NCBI GenBank assembly: GCA_015059435.1 | Contig: SVAJ01000001.1 | Coordinates: forward strand, 156,657 to 220,656 | From: Bacillota bacterium | Lineage (GTDB): Bacteria > Bacillota_I > Bacilli_A > RF39 > UBA660 | DNA: 64,000 nucleotides | Direction of reading: 5' to 3' | Shown here: one piece after another, positions 25,111 to 35,249 of the stretch | How positions within the stretch are numbered: the stretch's first letter is position 1 | Layout of the letters: the number at the start of each line of letters is the position of its first letter | Made by a program: the position numbers and the translations under genes | The notes under the pieces: generated by a model | What the model saw: the letters and a program-made list of their open reading frames with translations, nothing else | What the model was told of the DNA's origin: nothing | The model's database searches: none

Positions 25111-28048
25111 TTTGATTTAATTTAACACTAACTAGTTTAGATACACCTGATTCTTGCATTGTGATACCATATAGAGTGTTTGCATATTCCATAGTCTTTT
25201 TCTTATGAGTAATTATTAAGAATTGTGTCTTATTCTTATAATTATCTAAGTATTCTCCAAATTTAGCAACATTAGCTTCATCTAGAGCTGCTTCTACTTC
25301 ATCGAATAAGCAGAATGGTGTTTGTCTAACATTTAATATTGCGAATAATAAACTTATTGCAGTTAATGTTTTTTCTCCTCCTGATAAAAGAGAAATTGTA
25401 GTTAGTTTTTTACCTGGAGGAGAAGCTACTATTTCTACTCCTGTTGTTAATAAGTCATCTGGATTAGTTAATCTTAAATCAGAATTTCCTCCACCGAATA
25501 ATGATTTAAACACATCTTTAAATTCTCTTTGAATTGCGATGAATGTTTTTTCAAATTCTTCTTTCATTACATCATCCATTTCATTCATTATTTCAAGTAG
25601 TGTATCTTCTGCTTTTAATAAATCTTCTTTTTGATTAGTTAAAAATTCATATCTTGTATTTACTTTTTCATATTCTTCTATTGCATCAATATTTACCATA
25701 CCAATACGTTTAATATTGGCTCTATATGTATTAACTTTTACTCTAGCTTCTTCTGGGTCTATATCTAATTTGTAATTATCTTTAGCTTTTTCAAAAGTCA
25801 TTTCATACTCTTCATTTAAAGTATTTAACATATTATCAATTTTTACATCTAATCTATTTATAGTAATTTCTTTTTCACGAGAAGTTTTTTCTAAATTACG
25901 AAGTTTAGAATTTTCCAATTTCATAGATGCTGTTTCTTCTTCTATTTTTTGTTTTAGTTTATCTATTGCTTCTTCTAAATCTTCTATCTTTTTAACAATT
26001 GAAGTTTTTAATGTATTCTTTTCGTGATATTCTTCTATTAATTTTTGTTCTTTTTCGTCAATCGAATTATTACTTAAGGCTTTTAAGCTTTCTAAGTCTT
26101 TTTCTAGTCTTTCTAATAATTCTTCTTGTTGTTTTAACATAGAATTTTTACTATCATATTTTTCCTTTAATGTAACTTTATTTCTTGATACTTCAAAAGT
26201 TTTTTCTTCTAACTTTGATACTTCTTCTCTAATTTCTTGTAGTTCATTTTCTATTTCTTCTTTTTCTTTTTCTAGTAAGTTTACTCTATCTTTCTTATGA
26301 GATAGTTCTTGTTTTAGAATAATAGCACTTTTTGTTTTTAATGTAGATCCTCCTGACATAGAACCACCTACATTAACCACATCTCCGTCTAATGTCACTA
26401 TCTTATAACGATTTTTTATTATTTTAGATAAGCGTGTTGCGCTATCTATATCTGGTGATACTAATATAGTACCAAGTTGATTTTTTATTATATTTTCATA
26501 TTTTTTATCAAATGTAGTTAAGTTACTTAATACATCTATAAAGTCATCATTATTTGATATTAAGTTTAATGTATCATTATCAATAAATCTTTCTTTGATA
26601 ATGTTTATTGGAAAGAATGTTGCTCTTCCTAAATGATTATCTTTTAGGTAGTTAATACCTTTCTTTGCAGATTCTTCATCTGTAGTAATAATAAAGTTTT
26701 TACTAGCTGATATGGCAATATTTAGTGCTTTTGTATATTTTTCATCAATTGATAAAACATTTCCTATAGTATTATGAATACCAGTTAGAGAAGTTTCTTT
26801 TAATATATTTCTTACACTAGTTGGTAAATCTAAGTTTTCTTCTATTTCCCTTCTTAGAGAATCTATTTTATGATTAGTAGAAATAATTTCTTTTTCATGA
26901 GAAGAAAATTCATTAGCGAGCATACTTCTTTTTGTTTTTAATTTTTCTACTTCATTATGTAATGTTTTAGAGTCTTCTTCTTCTATTTTTGCTTTTTCTA
27001 CTACTCTAGCAAGTTCTTCTTTAAGTAGTGATATTTTTCCATCTAGAGAATTCTTTTCTTCTAATAGTTTTCTTATTTCTTCATTAACTTCACTAGTTTC
27101 TTTATTATTCTTACTACGTTCTTTTAATAGATTTTTTTCTCCATTAAGTTTTTCTACTTCTTTTGTTATCTCTAAAAGTTCTCTGTTTAAATCTCTTTTT
27201 TCTAATTCTAATTTTTCTAATTTATTACTATCTTCTATTACTTTAGCATCTACTGTAGATGAAGATGTAGTTATATTTAGAATTTCTTTATCTAACTTTT
27301 CTTTTTCTATTTTATTATTTTCTAGTTCCCCGTTTAAATTTTCTATATCATATGCAAGAAGTGCTACTTCATATTTATCTAGTCCTTCTTTGTTTTCTAA
27401 ATATATTTTAGCTTTTTCACTTTGTTCTTTTAAAGGACCTACTTGTAATTCTAACTCTGTAATAATATCATTTACTCTATCTATATTATTATGAGTTCTA
27501 TCTAGTTTTCTTAAAGCCTCTTCTTTTCTCTTTTTATATTTTAAAATTCCTGATGCTTCTTCAAAAATAACACGTCTATCAACTGGGGAATTACTAAGTA
27601 TTTTTTCTACTTCACCTTGCGATATAATATTGAATGATTCTTTTCCCATACCAGAATCAATAAGCAGATTAGTTAAATCTTTTAATCTACATTTTTCATT
27701 ATTTAAATAATATTCATTTTCTCCACTACGATATATTTTTCTTTTAATAGAAATTTCAGTATATGGAACATTTAAGAAATGATCACTATTATCAAAGATT
27801 AATTCTACAGAGGCAACGTTTAGTGGATTACGAGATTTACTACCAGAGAAAATAACATCACTCATTGATCCTTCACCACGAAGAGATTTAACTGATTGTT
27901 CTCCTAATACCCATCTTACGGCATCTACTACATTACTTTTACCTGAACCATTAGGTCCAACAATACAAGTAATCTTATCATCTAATTTAATATCTAATTT
28001 GTCTGCAAACGATTTAAATCCACTCGTTACTATTTCTTTTAAGTACAT
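25094..28048 (-). CDS. smc: Chromosome condensation/segregation ATPase SMC (short, ~984 aa)
   Basis: Walker A GPNGSGKSN, hinge (GRATFFPIN), long coiled coils, signature LSGGEKTLTAISLLFA, and Walker B LFDEVEAALD. Start at MYLKEI with a GGGTGA SD. Confidence 0.92.
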   Translation of the reverse strand: MYLKEIVTSGFKSFADKLDIKLDDKITCIVGPNGSGKSNVVDAVRWVLGEQSVKSLRGEGSMSDVIFSGSKSRNPLNVASVELIFDNSDHFLNVPYTEISIKRKIYRSGENEYYLNNEKCRLKDLTNLLIDSGMGKESFNIISQGEVEKILSNSPVDRRVIFEEASGILKYKKRKEEALRKLDRTHNNIDRVNDIITELELQVGPLKEQSEKAKIYLENKEGLDKYEVALLAYDIENLNGELENNKIEKEKLDKEILNITTSSSTVDAKVIEDSNKLEKLELEKRDLNRELLEITKEVEKLNGEKNLLKERSKNNKETSEVNEEIRKLLEEKNSLDGKISLLKEELARVVEKAKIEEEDSKTLHNEVEKLKTKRSMLANEFSSHEKEIISTNHKIDSLRREIEENLDLPTSVRNILKETSLTGIHNTIGNVLSIDEKYTKALNIAISASKNFIITTDEESAKKGINYLKDNHLGRATFFPINIIKERFIDNDTLNLISNNDDFIDVLSNLTTFDKKYENIIKNQLGTILVSPDIDSATRLSKIIKNRYKIVTLDGDVVNVGGSMSGGSTLKTKSAIILKQELSHKKDRVNLLEKEKEEIENELQEIREEVSKLEEKTFEVSRNKVTLKEKYDSKNSMLKQQEELLERLEKDLESLKALSNNSIDEKEQKLIEEYHEKNTLKTSIVKKIEDLEEAIDKLKQKIEEETASMKLENSKLRNLEKTSREKEITINRLDVKIDNMLNTLNEEYEMTFEKAKDNYKLDIDPEEARVKVNTYRANIKRIGMVNIDAIEEYEKVNTRYEFLTNQKEDLLKAEDTLLEIMNEMDDVMKEEFEKTFIAIQREFKDVFKSLFGGGNSDLRLTNPDDLLTTGVEIVASPPGKKLTTISLLSGGEKTLTAISLLFAILNVRQTPFCLFDEVEAALDEANVAKFGEYLDNYKNKTQFLIITHKKKTMEYANTLYGITMQESGVSKLVSVKLNQKEDYL

Positions 28049-28154
28049 ATTATTCACCCTATAGTTAATTATACTATAATTAGACACTTTTCGTAAAGTT
28101 TTTTCTTATTTTTCAACGGTTTTAGCAAAAATAAAAAGATATTTTTCAATATCT

Positions 28155-29135
28155 TTAATTTCTGTTTAATGATAAAATTAATTTTTTTGCCATATCTACA
28201 TTTTTTGGAGATATATTTTTTATATATTTGCTAAACATTTCTATATATTTCTTATCATTACTTTCTAATACAACTTTAGCATGACTATCTATATCTGCTC
28301 CTTCTATGTGATTAGCAAATCTAAAACTATACTCTGGATTCTTACTTTCTAATATTACTTGTTCATGTTCTTTTAATTTTTCTGTAGTTAAAATATATTT
28401 TCCTCTAAGAATATAGTACACAAAGTTATAATTATATTCTGCATTCTTACTTTCTAATATTATCTTTTCATGAGCTTCTAAATCTGAATCATATATATTC
28501 TTAGCAAAATTAAAATTACTTACCAAATCTTTACTATCTAATACTATTTGTTCATGTTTTTTTACATCAGCATTTTTTATTTGTCTTGCAAACTCATAGT
28601 TATATTTAGGGTCTTTACTCTTTAATATAATTTGCTCGTGTTCTTTTATATCTATACCTTTAATATCTCTAGCAAAACTAAGATTATATTCTAAATCTTC
28701 ACTATCTAATATTACCTTTTGATGTGCTTTTACATCAGTATTTTCAAGTTTGGCAAATCTATAATTATATTCTAAATTTTTACTATCTATAACTTTTTTT
28801 GCGTGTGCTTTAATATTAGTATTATCTATTTCTGTTACAAATAAGTAATTATATCTAGTACTATTACTTTCTAATATCACTTGTTCATGTTCTTTAGTAT
28901 TAGCACCTTTTATATTCTTAGCAAATAAAAAACAATATTCTGGATCTTTATTATCTAATATTATACGTTCATGAGCAGTTTTATTAGCACCTTCTATTAA
29001 TTCAGTAAAAGTATATGATAATTCACTGTTTTTAGCAGCTAATACATGTTGTTCTAATTTATCTATAACATACTTAGAACCATATTCCTTTTTTATTTTA
29101 ATAATTAATTCTATTATATTAAATATACTATCCAT
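28155..29135 (-). CDS. Tandem-repeat protein: about 10 copies of a 33-aa unit (H-E/A-x-I/V-I-L-x-S-K-x-x-E-Y-N-Y-x-F-A-x-x-I-x-x-A-D-h-K)
   Basis: 326 aa. The repeats can be read directly, e.g. EHEQVILESNSTRYNYLFV, AHQKVILDSEDLEYNLSFARDIKGIDIK, EHEQIILKSKDPKYNYEFARQIKNADVK and EHEQVILESKNPEYSFRFANHIEGADID. There is no signal peptide. Confidence 0.6.
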   Translation of the reverse strand: MDSIFNIIELIIKIKKEYGSKYVIDKLEQHVLAAKNSELSYTFTELIEGANKTAHERIILDNKDPEYCFLFAKNIKGANTKEHEQVILESNSTRYNYLFVTEIDNTNIKAHAKKVIDSKNLEYNYRFAKLENTDVKAHQKVILDSEDLEYNLSFARDIKGIDIKEHEQIILKSKDPKYNYEFARQIKNADVKKHEQIVLDSKDLVSNFNFAKNIYDSDLEAHEKIILESKNAEYNYNFVYYILRGKYILTTEKLKEHEQVILESKNPEYSFRFANHIEGADIDSHAKVVLESNDKKYIEMFSKYIKNISPKNVDMAKKLILSLNRN

Positions 29136-29192
29136 TTCCAGTTCCTCTTCCCCTAATTCATATTATATATGTACTCTTTACTTTTTTTCAAG

Positions 29193-30059
29193 TTATTTTT
29201 CATAATCTTCGCTAAGTAGTTCTTCTAATGTTTTAAATGTATAGCCACGAGATAAAATATAATCTATTACTGTGGGTAGTTCTATTTCGGTGGATGATGA
29301 GATTGGTATGGATATAATAGATGCATTTTCTAGGCGTTCTTTTATTTCTTTATATGGATAATTTCCTACTTTGATAGTTGGTAGTATAGTATGTAGTTTT
29401 AATTTAGTACATAATTCTATTACTTCTTTACTATCATAATCTAAGTAACAATATTTAGATTTTTTACCAGTAATATTACTTAAATAATTTATTGATGAAG
29501 TAAAATATATTTCTTTGTATGAATTATCATAATTTAGTATTTCTAATTCACTATTATTTAGTTTTTTTATAGTTTCTAAATTATTTTCTAAGACTAATCC
29601 ATCTATAAAGAATGTTGCTTTTATCTTCTTATCTTTTAGAATATTATTAATATTATTTAAAGTATTTATGTCAGTACTTTTTTCTATTTTAAATACTAAG
29701 GCAACTTCTTTTTTTTCCTCATTTCCACTATTTATATATTTATCATATGTATCTTCTATTGATATAGTTGGTTTTATTTCTTTAAAAACTGTTAAGCTTT
29801 CATTATAGGCACCATATTTTTTCATTTTTTTATAACTTTCTTTATAATCAATATCTTTTCCTTTTAAACCTGGCGTTATTTTATTATCTTCTATTTTGGC
29901 ATTTTTAGCTTCTATTTTATATTTATTAGAAGAGTTTTTTATTTGTTTCATTATAGGATCTGTCTCTCTAATTATATCAATTGATTTATTAGTATAGTAA
30001 AAACTAAATAATAGTAGAAATAGTACTGATAGTACTTGGTATATTTTGTTTTTAGTCAT
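29193..30059 (-). CDS. Membrane-anchored polysaccharide-deacetylase-like protein (YlxY-like position next to pnp)
   Basis: N-terminal TM segment. VALVFKIEKS...KIKATFFIDG resembles the NodB-domain start. Its position downstream of pnp matches B. subtilis ylxY. The metal ligands are not clearly conserved. Confidence 0.45.
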   Translation of the reverse strand: MTKNKIYQVLSVLFLLLFSFYYTNKSIDIIRETDPIMKQIKNSSNKYKIEAKNAKIEDNKITPGLKGKDIDYKESYKKMKKYGAYNESLTVFKEIKPTISIEDTYDKYINSGNEEKKEVALVFKIEKSTDINTLNNINNILKDKKIKATFFIDGLVLENNLETIKKLNNSELEILNYDNSYKEIYFTSSINYLSNITGKKSKYCYLDYDSKEVIELCTKLKLHTILPTIKVGNYPYKEIKERLENASIISIPISSSTEIELPTVIDYILSRGYTFKTLEELLSEDYEK

Positions 30060-30107
30060 TAGATCACCTATAAGAGTATATGAAAAAGAAGTTCTATTTA
30101 AGAACTT

Positions 30108-32282
30108 CTATTTTTCTGTTTTTTCTTCTTTTTTTGTTGTTTTTGGTTTTGGAAGAGCTTCTTTTCTTGAGAAGTTTTGACGTCCTTTCTTATCTGGACC
30201 TAAAGCTTTAACGATTATTTCGTCTCCTACTTTAACTACATCTTCTGTTTTATTAACTCTTTCATGAGCAAGTTGAGATATATGTACTAATCCTTCACAT
30301 CCTGGCCAAATTTCTACGAAACATCCAAAGTCTTCTACTTTAACTACTTTAGCATCATAGATTTTTCCTACTTCTACTTCTTTAACTACATCTTCGATCA
30401 TAGCTCTTGTTTTAGCAATTATATCTTTATCTGTATGATAAATAATTACTCTACCATCATCTTCTAGGTCAACTTTAACGGCATTAATATTAGTTACTTC
30501 TGTAACATTAGATGCTTCACAAATAATCTTAGTAATCATTTCTCCACCACGACCAATTACGTCTTTAATCTTAGCTGGGTCAATTGTGAATGTTTCCATC
30601 TTAGGAGCATATTTAGATACTTCTTTTCTTGGTTCCTTAATTTGTTTAGCAATTACTTTTAAGATTTCTAAACGAGCTTTTTTAGCTTGAGCTAAAGCTT
30701 CTCTTAAAATATCTTCTGTTATACCACTAATTTTAATATCCATTTGAAGTGCAGTAATACCATCCTTAGTACCAGCAACTTTAAAGTCCATATCTCCTAA
30801 GTGATCTTCCATACCTTGGATATCTGTTAAAATTGTATAATCATCTTCATGTGTAATTAATCCCATTGCGATACCAGCAACTGGAGCTTTAATTGGAACA
30901 CCTGCAGCCATTAATGACATACATCCAGCACAAATTGATGCTTGTGATGATGATCCATTTGATTCTAGAATTTCAGATACTACACGAATTGTATATGGGA
31001 ATTCTTCTTCACTTGGAATTACTTGAAGTAGTGCTTTTTCTCCTAAGGCACCATGTCCAATTTCTCTTCTTCCTGGAGCACCATATCTTCCTGTTTCTCC
31101 TACTGAGAATTGTGGGAAGTTATAATGTAACATAAATCTCTTTTGATCTTCTAATCCAAGACCATCTAGAATTTGATGTTCTCCTAAGGCACCTAGTGTT
31201 GTAGTTGAAAGAGCTTGTGTTTCACCACGAGTAAATAGTGCAGAACCATGTGTACGTGGTAATAAGTCTATATCTGTAGATAATTTTCTTATTTCATCCA
31301 TCTTACGTCCATCAGCACGTTTCTTTTCTTTAACTACGATACTTCTGAATAATTCATACTCAATATCAGATAGAACCATATTTACTTTTACTAGTAATTC
31401 TTTTAGTTCCATATCTTTTAATTTATCTTCGTTTTCCTCAGTATATAAATTAATTACTTCTTCTTTTACTTCATCAATAGCAGCATATTTTTTTAGTTTA
31501 TCTTTAATACGAAGTGCTTTATCCATTTTCTTAGTAGCAAGTTCTTTAATTCTTTCTACCATTTCTTCTTCTGGAACTAAAGTTTCGTATTCCATTTTTT
31601 CTTCACCAATATCTTTGATGATTTTTTCTTCAAACTTAACTAATTCTTTAATTGCTTTATGTCCAAACATTAATGCTTCTAACATAACATCTTCAGCTAC
31701 TTCTTTAGCACTTGATTCTACCATGTTAATTGCATCTTTTGTACCAGCAACTGTTAACTCTAATTCACTCTTTTCTAATTGTTCTGGTGTTGGGTTAATT
31801 ACAAATTTACCATCTACACGTCCTACTTTAACACCAGCGATTGGTCCATTAAATGGAATCTTAGAAATTGATGTTGCAAGGCTTGATGCAAACATTGCAG
31901 TTAATTCTGGAGAACAATCTTGATCAACTGATAAAACAGTAGAAATGATTTGTACTTCATTTTTAAATCCTTCTGGGAATAATGGTCTCATTGGACGGTC
32001 AATCATACGAGCTGCAAGTGTTGCTGCTTCACTTGGACGACTTTCACGTTTTATAAATCCACCAGGAATTTTACCTACTGAATATAGTTTTTCTTGATAA
32101 TTTACTGTTAGTGGAAAGAAATCTGATAAAAGGTTAACATTTTTAGATACAACTGCTGCAGTTAATACTACAGTATCATTATATCTAACAAGTACTGCTC
32201 CATCAGCTTGTTTAGCTAACTCTCCTACTTCTACCACTAAATTTCTTCCATGAAATTTTAATTCATATGTTTTTTTCTTCAT
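30108..32282 (-). CDS. pnp: Polyribonucleotide nucleotidyltransferase (PNPase)
   Basis: Two RNase PH domains ([26 protein letters not shown]), a KH domain (IGRGGEMI) and an S1 domain (FGCFVEI). Start at MKKKTYE with a GAGAGG SD. Confidence 0.95.
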   Translation of the reverse strand: MKKKTYELKFHGRNLVVEVGELAKQADGAVLVRYNDTVVLTAAVVSKNVNLLSDFFPLTVNYQEKLYSVGKIPGGFIKRESRPSEAATLAARMIDRPMRPLFPEGFKNEVQIISTVLSVDQDCSPELTAMFASSLATSISKIPFNGPIAGVKVGRVDGKFVINPTPEQLEKSELELTVAGTKDAINMVESSAKEVAEDVMLEALMFGHKAIKELVKFEEKIIKDIGEEKMEYETLVPEEEMVERIKELATKKMDKALRIKDKLKKYAAIDEVKEEVINLYTEENEDKLKDMELKELLVKVNMVLSDIEYELFRSIVVKEKKRADGRKMDEIRKLSTDIDLLPRTHGSALFTRGETQALSTTTLGALGEHQILDGLGLEDQKRFMLHYNFPQFSVGETGRYGAPGRREIGHGALGEKALLQVIPSEEEFPYTIRVVSEILESNGSSSQASICAGCMSLMAAGVPIKAPVAGIAMGLITHEDDYTILTDIQGMEDHLGDMDFKVAGTKDGITALQMDIKISGITEDILREALAQAKKARLEILKVIAKQIKEPRKEVSKYAPKMETFTIDPAKIKDVIGRGGEMITKIICEASNVTEVTNINAVKVDLEDDGRVIIYHTDKDIIAKTRAMIEDVVKEVEVGKIYDAKVVKVEDFGCFVEIWPGCEGLVHISQLAHERVNKTEDVVKVGDEIIVKALGPDKKGRQNFSRKEALPKPKTTKKEEKTEK

Positions 32283-32300
32283 ACTATACCTCTCTTTTTC

Positions 32301-32331
32301 AAAAAAAATAGACACCAAAAATAAGTGTCTA
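32301..32331 (-). terminator. rpsO terminator/attenuator immediately upstream of pnp
   Basis: Minus strand stem TAGACAC pairs with GTGTCTA, followed by TTTTTTTT. The stem includes the rpsO TAG stop. Only about 20 nt separate the T-run from the pnp start, so pnp must be expressed by read-through. Confidence 0.7.
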
Positions 32332-32598
32332 CTTTCTTAATCCTAATTTTTTAATTACTTCACGATATCTTTGAATATCTTTCTTAGCTAAGTATTGTAA
32401 CATATTTCTACGTTGACCAACTTTTTTAAGAAGACCTCTACGTGAATGATAATCATGAATATGTACTTTTAAATGTTCAGTTAAATCGTTAATTTCTTTT
32501 GTTAAAATAGCGATTTGTACTTCTGCTGAACCAGTATCATTTTTGCTTCTAGCAAATTCTTTAACAATTTTTGATTTTTCATCTTTTGTTAATGCCAT
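32329..32598 (-). CDS. rpsO: 30S ribosomal protein S15
   Basis: 89 aa: [33 protein letters not shown]. Confidence 0.95.
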   Translation of the reverse strand: MALTKDEKSKIVKEFARSKNDTGSAEVQIAILTKEINDLTEHLKVHIHDYHSRRGLLKKVGQRRNMLQYLAKKDIQRYREVIKKLGLRK

Positions 32599-32684
32599 AT
32601 TATCTTACTTCCTTTCTTTATATATTCACCAATTCTAAGTAAAGAGTCGGAAATTCTCTTAACCTGGAGTTGGTAAGCACTAAT

Positions 32685-32713
32685 AATATATCATAATTTA
32701 TATACTAAGTCAA
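32685..32713 (-). promoter_or_regulatory. Promoter of rpsO
   Basis: Minus strand: -35 TTGACT (32713-32708), a 17-nt spacer ending in TGA, and -10 TATATT (32690-32685). An ~80-nt leader follows that may be the S15 autoregulatory structure (not verified). Confidence 0.5.
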
Positions 32714-33010
32714 TTATTTATTCTTTATTGTTATAGATTTAATTTCACTTATTCTTTTATATGTAGTTTCAATACTCTTATTTTTTTTAACTGTTTCTAT
32801 TTCAAACCATTTTTCATCAAACGAGATTAATTTTCCTTCTAGTACTATACTAAAATCTTCATCAAATTCTATTACAACATTTTTACCAACTAACTCTTTC
32901 AAATTATATTTTGTTTTTGAATCAGTTTCTAATTTTTTATTTATTAGCTTCAATTTAGAAGATATATCACTAAAACCGATGATTAGAATTATAAATATTA
33001 TATATTCCAT
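32714..33010 (-). CDS. Small N-terminally membrane-anchored protein whose soluble domain is paralogous to the C-terminal domain of the upstream XRE regulator
   Basis: 98 aa, with TM segment MEYIIFIILIIGF. LKELVGKNVVIEFDEDFSIVLEGKLISFDEKWFEIET...ISEIKSITIK aligns with residues ~80-145 of the XRE protein. Its start overlaps the XRE stop (ATGA-type coupling at 33010). Confidence 0.6.
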   Translation of the reverse strand: MEYIIFIILIIGFSDISSKLKLINKKLETDSKTKYNLKELVGKNVVIEFDEDFSIVLEGKLISFDEKWFEIETVKKNKSIETTYKRISEIKSITIKNK

Positions 33011-33447
33011 TACTTATCCTCCTCAATTACTTTGATTGAATTAATTAAATTTAAATCTATTAATTTGGTTAGTTTTTCTTTACTTTTATTTATTTCTATT
33101 TTGATAAAATTATCATCAATTGATAGTACTTTTACTTTTTGTTGATATCCAATGTTTATATCATAATTGTCATAACTAAAATCAAGTATTACATCTTTAT
33201 TTACTATTTTGTTTAAAATACTACTAGAATTATCTTTCACATCTATTTCTAGATTAGTATCAATTAAATCATTTATATTAATTTTTAATTCTTTACATAA
33301 CAGGCTAGCTTGATTTAGATCAGGGCTAGTTATATTACTTTCCCAGTTAGATAGTGTTTGTCTTGTTACTCCAATTTTTTCTGCAAGAGCTTCTTGGGTA
33401 TAATTATATTTCTTTCTTAACTCAGTTATTTTTTCTCCAATAACCAT
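33010..33447 (-). CDS. XRE-family HTH transcriptional regulator with an unassigned ~65-aa C-terminal domain
   Basis: HTH_3 signature (IGEKITELRKKYNYTQEALAEKIGVTRQTLSNWE). Start at MVIGEK with a GAGGTGAG SD. Confidence 0.8.
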   Translation of the reverse strand: MVIGEKITELRKKYNYTQEALAEKIGVTRQTLSNWESNITSPDLNQASLLCKELKININDLIDTNLEIDVKDNSSSILNKIVNKDVILDFSYDNYDINIGYQQKVKVLSIDDNFIKIEINKSKEKLTKLIDLNLINSIKVIEEDK

Positions 33448-33494
33448 TTTTCTCACCTCACAAAAATAGTATTATATATATAACTTTTTTTAAA

Positions 33495-33532
33495 TAAAAT
33501 TTAATTAACATTATGTAAAATTTTATTAACAT
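33495..33532 (-). promoter_or_regulatory. Two 17-nt direct repeats (16/17 identical, 21-bp period) in the XRE operon promoter region: candidate operator
   Basis: Plus strand: taaaatttaattaacat (33495-33511) and taaaattttattaacat (33516-33532). They lie 50-85 nt upstream of the XRE start. Confidence 0.4.
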
Positions 33533-33547
33533 GTATTATTATATCAC

Positions 33548-33570
33548 AAAAAAACAGATAGTTTCATCTG
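33548..33570 (-). terminator. Probable terminator of the 68-aa gene
   Basis: Minus strand: stem GCAGAT, loop GAAACT, stem ATCTGT, followed by TTTTTTT. The stem is short (5-6 bp). Confidence 0.45.
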
Positions 33571-33590
33571 CTTAATTGTTTATTATATTA

Positions 33591-33797
33591 TTATTTGTTT
33601 TTCTTGTTTTTATCGTCTTCTTTTGCTTTTGTAAAGAATGCACAAGATAAGCATAAGAATGAAGATCCAAGTGCTAAATTGATAACTCCAGTTGATGTTT
33701 CCTTATCTAAAATATTCATGATTGCTACTATGAAGAAACATACTGATGCAATAATATAACATATTGCTGCTACTTTATTATAATCTTTTTCTTTCAT
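33591..33797 (-). CDS. Small two-TM membrane protein (68 aa)
   Basis: Two hydrophobic helices and a basic tail (KEDDKNKKNK). It has its own promoter (TTGTCA, 17 nt, TGATATACT at 33858-33830) and a terminator. Confidence 0.55.
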   Translation of the reverse strand: MKEKDYNKVAAICYIIASVCFFIVAIMNILDKETSTGVINLALGSSFLCLSCAFFTKAKEDDKNKKNK

Positions 33798-33861
33798 TTT
33801 TATCTTTCCTTTCTACTTCATACTTCTTAAGTATATCATTTCACCTTGTTTTTGACAATTA

Positions 33862-33883
33862 AAACTCAGATTACGCTGAGTTT
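33862..33883 (-). terminator. Terminator hairpin of the beta-helix gene (near-identical copy at 35657-35678)
   Basis: Stem AAACTCAG, loop of 6 nt, stem CTGAGTTT, followed on the minus strand by TTAATTGTC. It is 21/22 identical to the htrA terminator. Confidence 0.6.
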
Positions 33884-33892
33884 AATTATTTA

Positions 33893-35227
33893 TTATTTTT
33901 TGAATTCAACACCATTAACATATAGTTTATAACCATTTAGGTTAATATTACTATTGGTTGAATCTGCATTTGTAAGTGATTTAACATAAGTATTACCTGT
34001 TAGAGTAATAGAACTTGTTTTATCAAGTGTTAATGATACTTCTCCAGAGTTACTATTATTAATAGTACCTTTATAAGAAGAATTCTTTTTCAAATTCATT
34101 GTTAATTTAGATATTGAGTCTACAACTATATTTCCTGTTGTTTTTTGATTAGTTAAGTTTAATGTAACATCTCCACCATTACTTCCAGAATTACCCCAAG
34201 AATCTTTTTGAACTCTTAAGAAGTTTCCTGTTGAATCATTGTTTACTATTTTATTATTTTCTAGGTTGATAGTAGCAGTTGTATTTGTTACATAGAAACT
34301 ATCACCTTTATTTGTTGTAATTGTTGAATTTTTAGAGGTAAATACTGCTTTACCACTTGCAGCGTCTCCACTCATAGATTGATATAGGAATATATTCTTA
34401 TATGTAGTTGATTGTCCATTTAATGTATTATTAGTATCTGTTAATTCTACATTTTCTAGTGTGACACTATTTTTTCCTTCTATGACTACTCCTTCTGATG
34501 CAGTTGATATTAATGTTGCGTTTTTTACAGTAATATCAGCTGTTGAATAAATAGTTGGAGAACCTTTACCTGTAGTTTTATAAGTACCTTTATTAACTGT
34601 TACTGTTCCACCTCCTCTATCAGATCTAATAGCAGCAGATGAAGTTCCTGCTGTAGTAATAGTTAAGTTAGTGGCATTCATAATCCCACCACCTGTAGTC
34701 ATAATTCCTCCGGAGTTATCTTTAGTAGTAGTGATTTTTGAATCACTAATATTTATTGTAGTATTATCTGATGAAGAGTTATTTGTAGTAGCAGAACCTC
34801 CATAGCTAAATACTCCATTAGCACCTGTTGCGTCTGTTTTTATATTTGCATTTTTTATAGTTAAGTTTGCTCCAGCTTTAGCTATTATTGCGGAATTAGT
34901 TCCATAAAAACTAGTATTATCTCCACCATCAGAGTCTCCTGTTTTATTTACAGTAATATTTGATAAAGTAGATTTAATTTTTCCTGATACTGATATTACA
35001 TTTTCATCAGCTTTAGTAGATTTGTATTCTCCTGATGTAATATCTTCATCTTTAGTTATTTCTTTTACTGCAGAATATGATGCAGTAGAATTATTATTTC
35101 CACCAGGCATATTATTTTCTTTATTATTAGTTTTATTACTATTAATAATTAAAAACCATAGTACTCCAAGAATTATAACTAATACAATAATTGTAATTAT
35201 ATATAATAAATTAGTTTTATTTTTCAT
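33893..35227 (-). CDS. Membrane-anchored right-handed beta-helix protein (Cthe_2159-like carbohydrate-binding domain family)
   Basis: N-terminal TM segment. Long Thr/Asn/Gly/Ser-rich imperfect ~22-25-aa rungs (ANLTIKNANIKT, GTVTVNKGTYKT, ADITVKNATLIS, NSVTLENVELTD). C-terminal ...NINLNGYKLYVNGVEFKK is typical of that family as I recall it. Confidence 0.55.
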   Translation of the reverse strand: MKNKTNLLYIITIIVLVIILGVLWFLIINSNKTNNKENNMPGGNNNSTASYSAVKEITKDEDITSGEYKSTKADENVISVSGKIKSTLSNITVNKTGDSDGGDNTSFYGTNSAIIAKAGANLTIKNANIKTDATGANGVFSYGGSATTNNSSSDNTTINISDSKITTTKDNSGGIMTTGGGIMNATNLTITTAGTSSAAIRSDRGGGTVTVNKGTYKTTGKGSPTIYSTADITVKNATLISTASEGVVIEGKNSVTLENVELTDTNNTLNGQSTTYKNIFLYQSMSGDAASGKAVFTSKNSTITTNKGDSFYVTNTTATINLENNKIVNNDSTGNFLRVQKDSWGNSGSNGGDVTLNLTNQKTTGNIVVDSISKLTMNLKKNSSYKGTINNSNSGEVSLTLDKTSSITLTGNTYVKSLTNADSTNSNINLNGYKLYVNGVEFKK

Positions 35228-35249
35228 ATTTAAATCCTTTCTACTTTAA

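Noticed and set aside
32599-32684. Calling the rpsO 5' leader an S15 autoregulatory RNA
   Set aside because: Some pairing is visible (ACCAAC.../...AATTGGT), but I cannot verify the three-way-junction or pseudoknot architecture by eye. I annotated only the promoter.
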